A stretch of 60,633 nt of DNA, the filler included. It is 4 parts of 4 records of this genome, joined end to end, with 100 filler letters (N's around TTAATTAATTAA, not from the genome) between each part and the next. Parts side by side here need not be neighbours in the genome. Positions count along the whole stretch, not along the records: positions 22,811 to 29,623 come from DRR723986_6345; positions 29,724 to 52,235 come from DRR723986_6346; 2 more parts are not named here. One strand, given 5' to 3'. Under the pieces are notes generated by a model. It made no database searches, was not told the origin of the DNA, and saw only the letters and a list, made by a program, of their open reading frames with translations. Position 1 is the stretch's first letter; each line of letters opens with the position of its first letter. Of this stretch, positions 27,095 to 36,958 are shown in pieces. Made by a program: the position numbers and the translations under genes.

Positions 27095-27936
27095 TGGATA
27101 GCGCAGCCCTGACCCGCATCGCCGAGGCGCTAGAGCGGATGGCACCTGCCCCCATGGCCGCCCCCGATTTTACCGCAGCCGATGCCTTTGTCTGGCACGT
27201 CACCCCCGATAGGCTGGCGCCGGTGCCGCAGGTTTCGCGGGTGGATATTGCGTTGCTGGTGGGGGTGAACCGCGCGCGCGATACCTTGCTGGAAAACACC
27301 CGGCAATTTGCCAGGGGCCTGCCGGCCAATAACGCCCTGCTTTGGGGCGCGCGCGGCATGGGGAAATCTAGCTTGGTCAAGGCGGTGCATGCCGCGATTC
27401 TGGCCGAAGGCCTGGGTTTGAAAATCGTGGAACTGCAACGCGAAGACCTGCCCAGCGTCGCGCGTCTGCTGAATATTTTGCGCGCCGCCCCGCAGCACAG
27501 GTTTGTTCTGTTTTGCGATGATCTGTCTTTCAGCCATGACGATCAGCATTACAAATCGCTCAAGGCGGTTTTGGATGGCGGTATCGAGGGGCGGCCCGAC
27601 AATGTGTTGTTTTACGCCACATCGAACCGGCGCCATTTGATGCCGCGCGACATGATCGAAAACGAACGATCAAGCGCCATCAACCCGGCCGAAGCGGTCG
27701 AGGAAAAAGTGTCTTTGTCAGACCGTTTTGGCCTGTGGCTGGGCTTTCACCCCTGCACCCAAGATGAATATCTGGCGATGATTGCGGGCTATTGCGCAGC
27801 CCATGGGGTGCAGATTGCCGCAGATCAGCTGCGCGCCGAAGCGATCGAATGGCAGGCCACACGTGGTGCACGCTCGGGCCGGGTGGCGTGGCAGTTTTTC
27901 ACCGATCTGGCCGGGCGGCACGGCGTTTCGCTTTAG
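27094..27936 (+). CDS. DUF815-family AAA+ ATPase
   Basis: NNALLWGARGMGKSS, FCDDLSF, YATSNRRHL, SLSDRFGLWL, RSGRVAWQF. Confidence 0.9.
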   Translation: MDSAALTRIAEALERMAPAPMAAPDFTAADAFVWHVTPDRLAPVPQVSRVDIALLVGVNRARDTLLENTRQFARGLPANNALLWGARGMGKSSLVKAVHAAILAEGLGLKIVELQREDLPSVARLLNILRAAPQHRFVLFCDDLSFSHDDQHYKSLKAVLDGGIEGRPDNVLFYATSNRRHLMPRDMIENERSSAINPAEAVEEKVSLSDRFGLWLGFHPCTQDEYLAMIAGYCAAHGVQIAADQLRAEAIEWQATRGARSGRVAWQFFTDLAGRHGVSL

Positions 27937-29039
27937 CGCGCCGCCGCCGCGGCCGTGGCATCAGAGCGGAACACAAAACACCGATCGCGCCGCAGCATCA
28001 GCCAAAGCGGTTTGCCCGGCGCGGGCAAAAACACGTTTGGCACCGTGGCTTTCAGCACCGAGCCGTCGTAATCCATGCGGATCTCAACCAGGCTTTCCGA
28101 GCCCATGAAACGCGCGCGCACCACCTCGCCGCGGGCGGCCACGCCATCTTGCACCGTGGGGTTGGGGCCGCGCCCGCCGCGATCGAGATCAAGCTTGATA
28201 TGCTGGGGGCGGATCACAATATCAACCTGGGCGCCATCGGGCACACCGGGCGCCAGAAATTGGCCAAAGGCCGTATCCACCAAGGCGCCCCGCACCGTGC
28301 CGCGGATCACGTTGATATCGCTGAAAAACGCCACCGCCTGCAAATCGACCGGGGCGTTATAAATATTATAGGGGGCGCCCTGCTGCACGATGCGGCCGTT
28401 GCGCATCAGCGCAATTTCATCGGCCATGCGCATGGCCTCTTCGGGCTCGTGCGTGACCAGTAGCACAGCCGCATCTTCGGCGCGCAGCACCTCTAGGGTG
28501 TGGTCGCGGATCTCGTCGCGCAGGCGGTTATCCAGGCCCGAGAACGGCTCGTCCATCAGCATGATACGTGGCCGCGGCGCGAGGGCACGCGCCAGCGCCA
28601 CGCGCTGCTGTTCGCCGCCCGACAGCTGATAGGGGTAATCATCGATGAAATGGGCAAGCCCCACCTTTTTCAGCAGCTCTTCCACCCGCGCACGTTTTTC
28701 AGCGGCCGGGCCAGATAGGCCAAACGCCACGTTTTCGCCCACGCTAAGATGGGGGAACAGCGCGAAATCTTGAAACATCAGCCCAATTTTTCGGCGCTCG
28801 GGCGGCACGCGAAAGACGGTATCGCAGATCAGGTTGCCATCTACATAGATCTGGCCGCTGTCTTGCATCTCGACCCCGGCAATCATCCGCAAGGTGGTAG
28901 ATTTGCCGCATCCCGACGGGCCCAGCAGGCAAGTCACCTGCCCCGGCATCACCCTGAGCGAGACATCATTTACAACCGCCTGCCCGCCAAAGCTGCGCAT
29001 CAGATGGCGTATTTCCAGCCGGGGGGATGGGGTATGCAT
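27933..29039 (-). CDS. ABC transporter ATPase (FbpC/PotA type, TOBE domain)
   Basis: GPSGCGKST, FQDFALFPHL, LSGGEQQRVALARAL, DEPFSGLD. Confidence 0.9.
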   Translation of the reverse strand: MHTPSPRLEIRHLMRSFGGQAVVNDVSLRVMPGQVTCLLGPSGCGKSTTLRMIAGVEMQDSGQIYVDGNLICDTVFRVPPERRKIGLMFQDFALFPHLSVGENVAFGLSGPAAEKRARVEELLKKVGLAHFIDDYPYQLSGGEQQRVALARALAPRPRIMLMDEPFSGLDNRLRDEIRDHTLEVLRAEDAAVLLVTHEPEEAMRMADEIALMRNGRIVQQGAPYNIYNAPVDLQAVAFFSDINVIRGTVRGALVDTAFGQFLAPGVPDGAQVDIVIRPQHIKLDLDRGGRGPNPTVQDGVAARGEVVRARFMGSESLVEIRMDYDGSVLKATVPNVFLPAPGKPLWLMLRRDRCFVFRSDATAAAAAR

Positions 29040-29155
29040 GGTGCGGCCTGCTCGGGTTGAAGTTTATAATTCCACTCAGGAATTAACAAGCCTGCCCCCC
29101 CGGGGCAAGATGGCATGGCAAAAGGGCGCAGATAGGTCTGCGCCATTGGTGCGGC

Positions 29156-29623
29156 TTATAGCGTGGCGTTGGTGGCGCCGCCATCCAACAGCAGGTTTTG
29201 GCCAATGATAAACCCGGCGTGCTGGCTGCACAAAAACGCGCAGGCCTGGCCAAATTCATCGGCGGTGCCATAGCGCCCCGCGGGAATTGTGGCGCAGCGG
29301 CGGGCGCGGGCCTCGTCTAGGGTGATGCCTTCGCGCGCCACCACACCCCCATCCAGCGCCTCGGCGCGATCGGTGGCATGGATGCCCGGCAGCAGGTTGT
29401 TGATGGTCACGCCCTGCCCCGCCACCTGCCGCGCGGTGCCTGCCACATAGCCCGTAAGCCCGGTGCGCGCCGAATTCGACAGCCCCAGCTGCGCGATCGG
29501 CGCCTTGACCGATTGCGAGGTGATATTCACCACCCGGCCCCAGCCCTTTTCCATCATGGCAGGCAACAGCGCCTTCATAAGCGCGATGGGGGTCAGCATA
29601 TTGGCATCCAGCGCCTTGATGAA
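29156..29623 (-). CDS. short-chain dehydrogenase/reductase (5'-truncated)
   Basis: WGRVVNITS, LSNSAR, TINNLLPG, IPAGRYG, IGQNLLLDGG. Confidence 0.88.
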   Translation of the reverse strand, partial: FIKALDANMLTPIALMKALLPAMMEKGWGRVVNITSQSVKAPIAQLGLSNSARTGLTGYVAGTARQVAGQGVTINNLLPGIHATDRAEALDGGVVAREGITLDEARARRCATIPAGRYGTADEFGQACAFLCSQHAGFIIGQNLLLDGGATNATL

Positions 29624-29723
29624 NNNNNNNNNNNNNNNNNNNNNNNNNNNNNNNNNNNNNNNNNNNNTTAATTAATTAANNNNNNNNNNNNNNNNNNNNN
29701 NNNNNNNNNNNNNNNNNNNNNNN
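29624..29723. other. artificial contig linker
   Basis: N-run, TTAATTAATTAA (29668-29679), N-run. Confidence 0.98.
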
Positions 29724-30776
29724 CAGCAGCACGTTCATGTGGCCAGGCATACGACCGGCAACGGGGTGAATGGCGTAAACCACTTCCGCGCCGTTCTTTT
29801 CCAGGATCTCTTGAAGCTCTTTTACCACGTGTTGGGCTTGCGCAACGGCCATACCGTAACCGGGAACAATCACCACGCTAGAAGCGGCTTCCAGAACGTA
29901 GTAGGCATCGTCTGCTGACATGGCCTTGGCTTCGCCTTCAATTTTGGCAGCGCCGCCACCACCTGCAACCGCACTGAAGCCGCTGAACAATACATTGCTC
30001 AGTGAACGGTTCATGGCTTTACACATGATTTGAGTCAGGATGATACCGCTTGCGCCAACCAGCGAACCGGCAACGATCAGGATGATGTTGTTGATCGCGA
30101 AACCCGCGGCACAGGCCGCAAGGCCCGAGTAGCTGTTAAGCAGGGAGATAACCACTGGCATATCGGCACCGCCGATGGGGATTACCAGCATGACACCCAG
30201 CAAACACGACAGGCCAATTACCAAGTAGAGGTAAAGGCTTACGTCGGGATTCATGGCAAACAATACTGAGCAAGCAATGATGGCAACAATCAGCGCGATG
30301 TTGAAAAAGCGCTGGCCAGCAAATACCAGTGGGCGCCCAGGCATTCTCTCGCTCAGCTTGCCGTAGGCAATCAAAGAGCCAGTGAAAGTGATGCCACCGA
30401 TCAGGATCGACAGAACGATCGTAATCATTTGGAAGGTGCTGGCGTCCATACCGTACAGAGCGGCCCAGCCAACCAGCAAACTGGCGATACCGCCAAAGCC
30501 GTTAAACAGCGCAACCATCTCAGGCATTGACGTCATGGCGACAGAGCGCGCAACAACGGCGCCGATAATACCGCCAACGGCGATACCAACGGCGATCCAC
30601 TTGTAATCGATAATGCTTTGGTCGAGCAGGGTGACGACCACAGCGATAAACATACCTACCGCTGATACAAGGTTACCTTTACGTGCTGTGGCGGGTGAGC
30701 CCAGCATTTTAAGGCCAAAAATAAACAGTACGGCCGCTGCCACATAGGACAGATTGACCAGCAATTCAGTACCCAT
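29724..30776 (-). CDS. pntB: NAD(P) transhydrogenase beta subunit (3'-truncated)
   Basis: IGGADMPVVISLLNSYSG, VPGYGMAVAQAQH, AIHPVAGRMPGHMNVLL. Confidence 0.97.
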
Positions 30777-30779
30777 GGT

Positions 30780-31064
30780 TTATGCGTCCTCTTTTTTCTT
30801 AAACATGGCAAGCATACGGTCGGTAACCATATAGCCGCCGATAACGTTGATGGTGGCAAACGCGACAGCGGCAGTACCAAGAATGGTTGCCAGCTGAGTG
30901 TGCTCGGCACCAGCTGAGGTCAGTGCACCGACCAGGGTGATCCCGGAAATAGCGTTTGAGCCCGACATCAGCGGAGTGTGCAGCGTTGCGGGTACTTTGT
31001 TGATCAGCTCGAAGCCGAGAAATATCGACAGCATCAAGATGAAAGCAAGAAATACAATTTCCAT
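30780..31064 (-). CDS. pntAB: NAD(P) transhydrogenase alpha subunit, part 2
   Basis: VPATLHTPLMSGSNAISGI, VTDRMLAMF. Confidence 0.95.
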   Translation of the reverse strand: MEIVFLAFILMLSIFLGFELINKVPATLHTPLMSGSNAISGITLVGALTSAGAEHTQLATILGTAAVAFATINVIGGYMVTDRMLAMFKKKEDA

Positions 31065-31073
31065 CTTTGTCTC

Positions 31074-32207
31074 CTACTTAATCAGGTTTTTGATGGTGTC
31101 GTTAACGATTTCGCCGCTGTGAGTAATCACACAGCCCTGCAGAATGTCGTTTTCGAAGTCGATAACCATCGCTTGTTTTTCTTTATCCCAGCCTTCGTCA
31201 ACCAAGTTGAAAAGGTTGGATGAGTACATTTGGCTGGCGTCGCGGCTAACGTAGTTAGCCCAGTTGCCATTACCAATGATTGTTACGCCGTCCACTTCAA
31301 CGGTTTCGCCGGCTACAGAGCCTTCGACGTTACCGCCGGTTTCTGCGGCCATATCGACAATCACGCTGCCGGGCTTCATGCCAGCAACCATGTCTTTGGT
31401 GACCAGTACAGGCGGCTTGCGACCGAATACCTGGGCAGTGGTGATAACGATGTCGGACTCGGCAATCTGTTTCTTCTGACCTTCGAGCTGCAATTGACGC
31501 TGCTCTTCAGTGAGCTCGACGGCATAACCATCTTTGGTTTGCCCGGTTTCACCGAGGTCGATTTCGAGGAACTTGCCGCCCAGCGAGCGAACTTGCTCGG
31601 CAACGACGTCGCGGGTATCAAAGGCAACGACTTTGGCGCCCAGGCGTTTTGCGGTGGCAATGGCTTGCAGACCGGCAACACCGGCACCGATGATGAATAC
31701 GGTAGCGGGCTTCAATGTACCGGCTGGCGTCATCATCATTGGCAGGATTCGTGGCAGTTTAGTGGTTGCCAGCAGCACCATCACATAACCAGCCAGGCTG
31801 GCCTGGGAGCTGAGGGCGTCCATTTTTTGTGAGCGCGTGCTGCGTGGAATCATTTCCATGCTGATCGCCGTCACTTGCTGGTCGCGGAAGGCCTTAATCA
31901 GCTCGTGCTCGTTGAAAGGGTCCAGATAGCTGACGTGAATGCAGCCGGCTTTGAGTTGCTTGATTTCTTCAATAGAGGGCTTGCTAATGCGCAAGACAAC
32001 GTCTGCTGAAGAGAGTACCGCATTGCGGTCTGCGACAACGGTTGCGCCGGCATCGACGTATTCCTGATCGCTAAAACCGCTGCCCAAGCCGAGCCCCGCT
32101 TCAATCTGAACTGCGGCTCCCGCGCGGACCAATTTCTTGGCGTCGCTCGGAATGATCGCAACTCGATTCTCCCCAGAGGCGAGTTCTTTTGGAATTCCTA
32201 AGAGCAT
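31074..32207 (-). CDS. pntAA: NAD(P) transhydrogenase alpha subunit, part 1
   Basis: GIPKE..GENRVA, MDALSSQ, IGAGVAGLQA, DMAAETGGN; start 32207. Confidence 0.95.
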   Translation of the reverse strand: MLLGIPKELASGENRVAIIPSDAKKLVRAGAAVQIEAGLGLGSGFSDQEYVDAGATVVADRNAVLSSADVVLRISKPSIEEIKQLKAGCIHVSYLDPFNEHELIKAFRDQQVTAISMEMIPRSTRSQKMDALSSQASLAGYVMVLLATTKLPRILPMMMTPAGTLKPATVFIIGAGVAGLQAIATAKRLGAKVVAFDTRDVVAEQVRSLGGKFLEIDLGETGQTKDGYAVELTEEQRQLQLEGQKKQIAESDIVITTAQVFGRKPPVLVTKDMVAGMKPGSVIVDMAAETGGNVEGSVAGETVEVDGVTIIGNGNWANYVSRDASQMYSSNLFNLVDEGWDKEKQAMVIDFENDILQGCVITHSGEIVNDTIKNLIK

Positions 32208-32567
32208 CTTTAAAGATCCATTGTTGATTTTGGTTTGGTGTTGCGTTTTGTAAAAGCGGCATAGCATATTACATTGAGCGCCAAGAAGCGATAAAACCGC
32301 GGTGCGCTTATTTAAGCTAATTGCTTCAATTTGTTATAAATTTTCATTATGGCCTAATTCATTTGGCTGATGGCGTCGATCCTCGATGTCGATACCCCCG
32401 AGGGTGTTTTAAGCGAATTTACCTATTAGTTCGCTGGGGGCTTTTCTCTAGACTACGGTTGTATTAACGGTTTGTGGTGGGCGAAAGCTCGGCGCCAGCG
32501 GCATTGCCGCGTGCGCGGTAGGAGGAAGGTCAATCATGCGTCTGAGCGCTCAACGTGCAGACATCTA

Positions 32568-34952
32568 ATGCAGATATCTAAAGCGTCGCTGCAGGTCTTC
32601 GTGCTCACGGCGCTCGGCTATTTTCTAGCTGGGCGCTTGGCATTGTTGCTGGCGATCCCGCCTGGGTATGCCACGGCGATTTGGCCCTCGGCGGGTATCG
32701 CGCTGGTGGTGATACTCCTGCACGGCTACCGATTTTGGCCTGCTGTCGCGCTGGGCTCGTTCGCGGTAAATAGCTACGGGGCTCTGGTGTGGGGGGAAGG
32801 CATAGCGGCGTGGGCAGCGTCCGCCCAGCTGCCTTTTATTATTGCGCTGGGTGCCGCCGTGCAGGCGGTGGTGTCGGTGTATTTGTTGCGCCGCTTCATT
32901 GGTTACCCCATCACCCTGGATACCAGTAGCGATGTGCTGAAGTTTATTGTGTTGGTGTGCGGCGGTGGCAGCATGCTCAACGCCAGTGTGGGGACTGCGG
33001 CACTGTGGCAGGCTGGCGCGCTGGCGGCAGGAAACATCCCCTACAATTGGTTTACCTGGTGGGTGGGGGACGGCCTCGGGGTGATGCTGGTGGCCCCGTT
33101 GATATTTGTCTACCGAGCCCAGCCCAGAGGAATTTGGCGAAGTCGAAACCGAGTGCTCCCTTGGGTGCAGTTATTGGCATCTGTTGTCATTGTTCTTTTA
33201 TATGTATTTGCCAGCCGTTGGGAACTGGCTCGTCAGGAAACGGCCTTTGAGCGGCACGCAGGGCAGCTGTATCAGCGTAGCGATGCGGTGTTGAACAGTT
33301 ATTTTGAGAGCTTGTACGCGGCGCAGGCGTTCTTTGTGTCGTCATCTGAGGTGACGCCGGAGGACTTCAGGCGTTTTGTGCAGGGGGCCTTGCAGCGCAA
33401 CCCTGGCTTCCAGGGTATTGCCTGGAATCGGGTGATAGCTCATTCAGAAAGGGGTGAGCTCGAGCGCCTAATGAGCCAGGAGCTTGGCGAGCCCGTGGTG
33501 TTTACGGAGGTCGATCGCAATGGCACGCGGATGCGGGCGTCGCGCCGCGAAAGTTATGTGGTGATTCGCTATATACAACCGCTAAGCAACAACCGCCGTG
33601 CCTATGGCTACGATATCAGTTCTAATCCGATTGCCCGCAATGCCTTAATGAAGGCCGCCACCAGTGGTGAGCCCTCGGCGACAGCGCCGATACGCTTGAT
33701 ACAAGAGCGGGGGCAACAGCTGGGCGAGGTTGTCTATTTCCCGGTGATAAAAAATGGGGCGTTGGAAGGCTATGTTGCCGGCGTGTTTCGCCTGGGGGAT
33801 TTGATGTCCGCGGCTCTACAGGGCGAGAGTTTGCAGGGCATTTCCCTGCGGCTATTAAGTGCTGAAAGCAAGCCCCAGCTTCTTTTTGCCGCAGATGGCC
33901 GCGAGAGTGATGGCAAAGGCGAGATATTTCGGCGTGTGTGGGAGCTGGGCTTCGCCGATCAAACCTGGCGTCTCGAGATCAGTGGCAATCAGCAATTCTT
34001 GGTCGACAGCCGTTCGGTGATGCCCTGGGGGGTGTTGGCCACCGGATTATTGTTTGTTGGATTGTTGGGGATGTCGCTGCTGGTGTTGACCGGGGCAAAG
34101 TATCACTCTGATGAATCCGGGCGCGAGTTGGCGGAAACCGTCAAACAGTTGCGCGATGCGCAAGGGCAGCTGGTCGAAGCAGAAAAACTTGCGGCGCTGG
34201 GCGGAATGGTTGCCGGTTTTGCTCATGAATTGAATACCCCCATCGGTATTGCCATCACCGCGCAGTCCACATTTAAGGCCGACCTGGAGCGACTTGAGGC
34301 CTTTACAGAGCTGGTGCCTGACGAAGCGGACAAGCAGCGTCGCAATGCCATTTTGCTGCGCATGAATGAAGCGGCAACCATGGTGCTGGATAACCTGCAG
34401 CGCGCCGGAAATTTGATAGGCAGTTTTAAGCAGGTGTCTGTGGACCAGTCATCCGAGGATCGCCGGCAAATTAACCTGCATGACTACCTTCACGATGTGT
34501 TGCTGCACCTGTCTCCGAGTTATCGTCGCGCAGGACACGACGTGAAGTTCGAGTGCCCTCGCGACATTTATATAGAAACGGTCCCGGGAGGATTGACTCA
34601 GGTTATCGTCAACTTGATGAACAATGCGCTGAGTCACGCGTTTGTTGCGGGGCAGCAGGGGAGAATTACCCTATCGGTGGAGCGCGCGGAGCAAGCCGTT
34701 GTCTTGCGCTTCAGTGATGATGGTCAGGGGATGGCGGATGCGGTGCGCGAGCGTATCTTTGAGCCGTTCTTTACTACCCGTCGCGGCTCCAATGCGGCGA
34801 GCGCTGGACTCGGCTTGCATCTGGTTTACAGTATCGTTCGCCAACAACTCGACGGTGAAATTGCCGTCTCTTCAACCCCGGGCGAGGGCAGTATTTTCAC
34901 TATCAGTTTGCCATTGAGCCTGGAGGCTTCGGCGCCCCCTGGGAAGGCATAA
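32568..34952 (+). CDS. MASE1-CHASE sensor histidine kinase (orphan)
   Basis: MASE1 (IWPSAGIA, WWVGDGLG), CHASE (YGYDISSNP..R..A, TAPIRLIQE), H-box AHELNTP, N-box NLMNNA, DDGQGM, FEPFFTT, GLGL. Confidence 0.9.
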   Translation: MQISKASLQVFVLTALGYFLAGRLALLLAIPPGYATAIWPSAGIALVVILLHGYRFWPAVALGSFAVNSYGALVWGEGIAAWAASAQLPFIIALGAAVQAVVSVYLLRRFIGYPITLDTSSDVLKFIVLVCGGGSMLNASVGTAALWQAGALAAGNIPYNWFTWWVGDGLGVMLVAPLIFVYRAQPRGIWRSRNRVLPWVQLLASVVIVLLYVFASRWELARQETAFERHAGQLYQRSDAVLNSYFESLYAAQAFFVSSSEVTPEDFRRFVQGALQRNPGFQGIAWNRVIAHSERGELERLMSQELGEPVVFTEVDRNGTRMRASRRESYVVIRYIQPLSNNRRAYGYDISSNPIARNALMKAATSGEPSATAPIRLIQERGQQLGEVVYFPVIKNGALEGYVAGVFRLGDLMSAALQGESLQGISLRLLSAESKPQLLFAADGRESDGKGEIFRRVWELGFADQTWRLEISGNQQFLVDSRSVMPWGVLATGLLFVGLLGMSLLVLTGAKYHSDESGRELAETVKQLRDAQGQLVEAEKLAALGGMVAGFAHELNTPIGIAITAQSTFKADLERLEAFTELVPDEADKQRRNAILLRMNEAATMVLDNLQRAGNLIGSFKQVSVDQSSEDRRQINLHDYLHDVLLHLSPSYRRAGHDVKFECPRDIYIETVPGGLTQVIVNLMNNALSHAFVAGQQGRITLSVERAEQAVVLRFSDDGQGMADAVRERIFEPFFTTRRGSNAASAGLGLHLVYSIVRQQLDGEIAVSSTPGEGSIFTISLPLSLEASAPPGKA

Positions 34953-34971
34953 CAAGCCCCGGCGCGACACA

Positions 34972-35595
34972 TTACGCGTCGGCTTTCAGGCCTTCGAACA
35001 GCAGCTTGATCGACAAGCGAATATCCTCGAGTCCATTGGGGTAAAGCTCCGATGAGGACAGGTGTTGATGATAGATGCCCATAATGTGCGCGCGAATATA
35101 AAGTGCCAATTGGCGGGCGCTGCGATCCTTGCGCACAAGCTCGTGCTGCTGCGCGTAACCGATAATCTGCGTTAGCCGGGCGATATTTTGGTCCCGATTT
35201 CGAGTGAGCTGGGCGCTGACAACCGGCGATTCATTGCAGAGGCTGTAGCGCATGGCGAAACGGGTGATTTTTTCTGCCGCCGGCACTTCCAGTAAGCGTT
35301 GGTAAGAAAACACCAGGGTCTCTGCCAGCGCCTCCAGGGTCATGGTGCCCGAGGCCGCCTCCTTGAGCAGTGCCTGCATCGCCGTTTCCAGTGGCGTGCT
35401 CAGGCGATCAATGATTGCGCTGATCAATTCATCCTTATTTTTAAAGTGCCAGTAAATGGCCCCGCGTGTCACGCCAACTGCCCTTGCCACATCGCTGAGC
35501 CGGGTGTTGTGAATACCCTGTTCTGCAAACATCTGTTCGGCGGCGCCTAACAGGCTTTCTCGGGTGGCTTCCGCGTCTTCTTTCGAACGTCTCAT
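34972..35595 (-). CDS. TetR-family repressor, AcrR/TtgR-like
   Basis: RRSKEDAEATR...VGVTRGAIYWHFKNKDEL; divergent from RND operon. Confidence 0.92.
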   Translation of the reverse strand: MRRSKEDAEATRESLLGAAEQMFAEQGIHNTRLSDVARAVGVTRGAIYWHFKNKDELISAIIDRLSTPLETAMQALLKEAASGTMTLEALAETLVFSYQRLLEVPAAEKITRFAMRYSLCNESPVVSAQLTRNRDQNIARLTQIIGYAQQHELVRKDRSARQLALYIRAHIMGIYHQHLSSSELYPNGLEDIRLSIKLLFEGLKADA

Positions 35596-35633
35596 AGGGT
35601 GTGCTTGCCGTTGAAAATAACCGTTTTGTAATT

Positions 35634-35679
35634 GCCGGGTACTTTACATACGTGCACGCATGTATGTAAAGTACCCGGC
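35634..35679. promoter_or_regulatory. AcrR-type operator within a long inverted repeat
   Basis: GCCGGGTACTTTACATAC-gtgcacgcat-GTATGTAAAGTACCCGGC, 18-bp perfect arms; core TACATAC-N10-GTATGTA matches the AcrR operator form. Confidence 0.85.
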
Positions 35680-35707
35680 CTGATTGATTGGCTCGGAAGT
35701 CCCCCCT

Positions 35708-36958
35708 ATGAACGCTTATGCGCCGCTGCTCAGCATCGGAAATTCACGCCATTTTCGCCACGTGCTGGTTGCCGTAACAACGCTGTTGCTTGTTGCTGCG
35801 TGCGATCAAACGCCGCCGCCAGCGCCAGAGGAGCGCGCACAGCCAGTGAAGACGGTCGTTCTGAAAGCTGAAGATGTTCCCGTTGGCGGGCAGTACCCGG
35901 GCAGCATGGAAAGCTCGAAAGAGGTTCAGGTTCGCGCGCGGGTAGAGGGCATCTTATTGCACCGGCGCTATACCGAGGGCGCGCGGGTCGAGGCGGGCCA
36001 ATTACTGTACGAGATCGATGCGGCGCCTTTTGAAGTTGCGCTGAGCCGCAGCCGTGCTCAGCTGGCGAACGCGCGAGCCAGTTTGTCGTCGGCAGAGCGC
36101 CGTTGGCGACGTGCCAGCGAGCTGATTCAAAGCAACGCCATTAGCCAGCGCGACCGGGACGATGCCGAGTCCGGGCTGGAGCAGGCCCGGGCAGCAGTGC
36201 AGCTAGCAGAGGCCGAAGTGCGCGCTGCGCAGATCAATGTAGATTATTGCAAAGTGAGGGCGCCAATATCAGGCATGACCAGTCGTGAGCGGGTTTCCGA
36301 GGGCTCGCTGGTCGGGCCGAATAACAGCCTGCTCACAACCATTACCCAGTTAGACCCGCTGTGGGTAAACATTTCGCTGCCAGATGAAATGGTGTTGCTA
36401 CTGCGGCGTATGCTCAAGGATGGTGAGTTGAGTTACGACGAGAGCCAGCGCGCCGTGCTGATAGAGACGGCCGGTAACCAGCAGCACCCACACCTGGGGC
36501 ATATCGATTTTAGCGACAGCACCATTGATCGGCGTACGGGTACTGTGCAGTTTCGCGCGACCGTGGCTAACCCAGACGGCAGCTTGCTGCCTGGGCAATT
36601 TGTACGAGTGCGATTGCAGGGGTTGTACAGCCGCAATGCCCTGGTGTTGCCCGAACGGGCCGTGCTGCAAAATGCGAAGGGCAGCTTCGTTTATGTAGTG
36701 AATGCGCAGCAACGCGCCGAGGTAAGACAGGTGCGACTCGGATTGGAAGTGGACGGCGGGCGCATTGTCGATGCCGGCTTAAAGGCGGGTGAAGAAGTGG
36801 TGGTAGAGGGCTTGGTGCGCGTGCGACCGTCATCGTTACTGGCGCCTCAGCGAATAGAATTAGCCCACAACTACGGCCCCAAGCCCAACTTTGCAGACCA
36901 ACCCGCCCGGTTGAAAGTGGGGGCACTGTCTCAGCCAGCCAGTGAGGTTGTGCAATGA
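35708..36958 (+). CDS. RND efflux membrane fusion lipoprotein (AcrA/MexA-like)
   Basis: Lipobox LVAAC, VRARVEG, GQLLYEID, VRAPISG, LLPGQFVR. Confidence 0.93.
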   Translation: MNAYAPLLSIGNSRHFRHVLVAVTTLLLVAACDQTPPPAPEERAQPVKTVVLKAEDVPVGGQYPGSMESSKEVQVRARVEGILLHRRYTEGARVEAGQLLYEIDAAPFEVALSRSRAQLANARASLSSAERRWRRASELIQSNAISQRDRDDAESGLEQARAAVQLAEAEVRAAQINVDYCKVRAPISGMTSRERVSEGSLVGPNNSLLTTITQLDPLWVNISLPDEMVLLLRRMLKDGELSYDESQRAVLIETAGNQQHPHLGHIDFSDSTIDRRTGTVQFRATVANPDGSLLPGQFVRVRLQGLYSRNALVLPERAVLQNAKGSFVYVVNAQQRAEVRQVRLGLEVDGGRIVDAGLKAGEEVVVEGLVRVRPSSLLAPQRIELAHNYGPKPNFADQPARLKVGALSQPASEVVQ

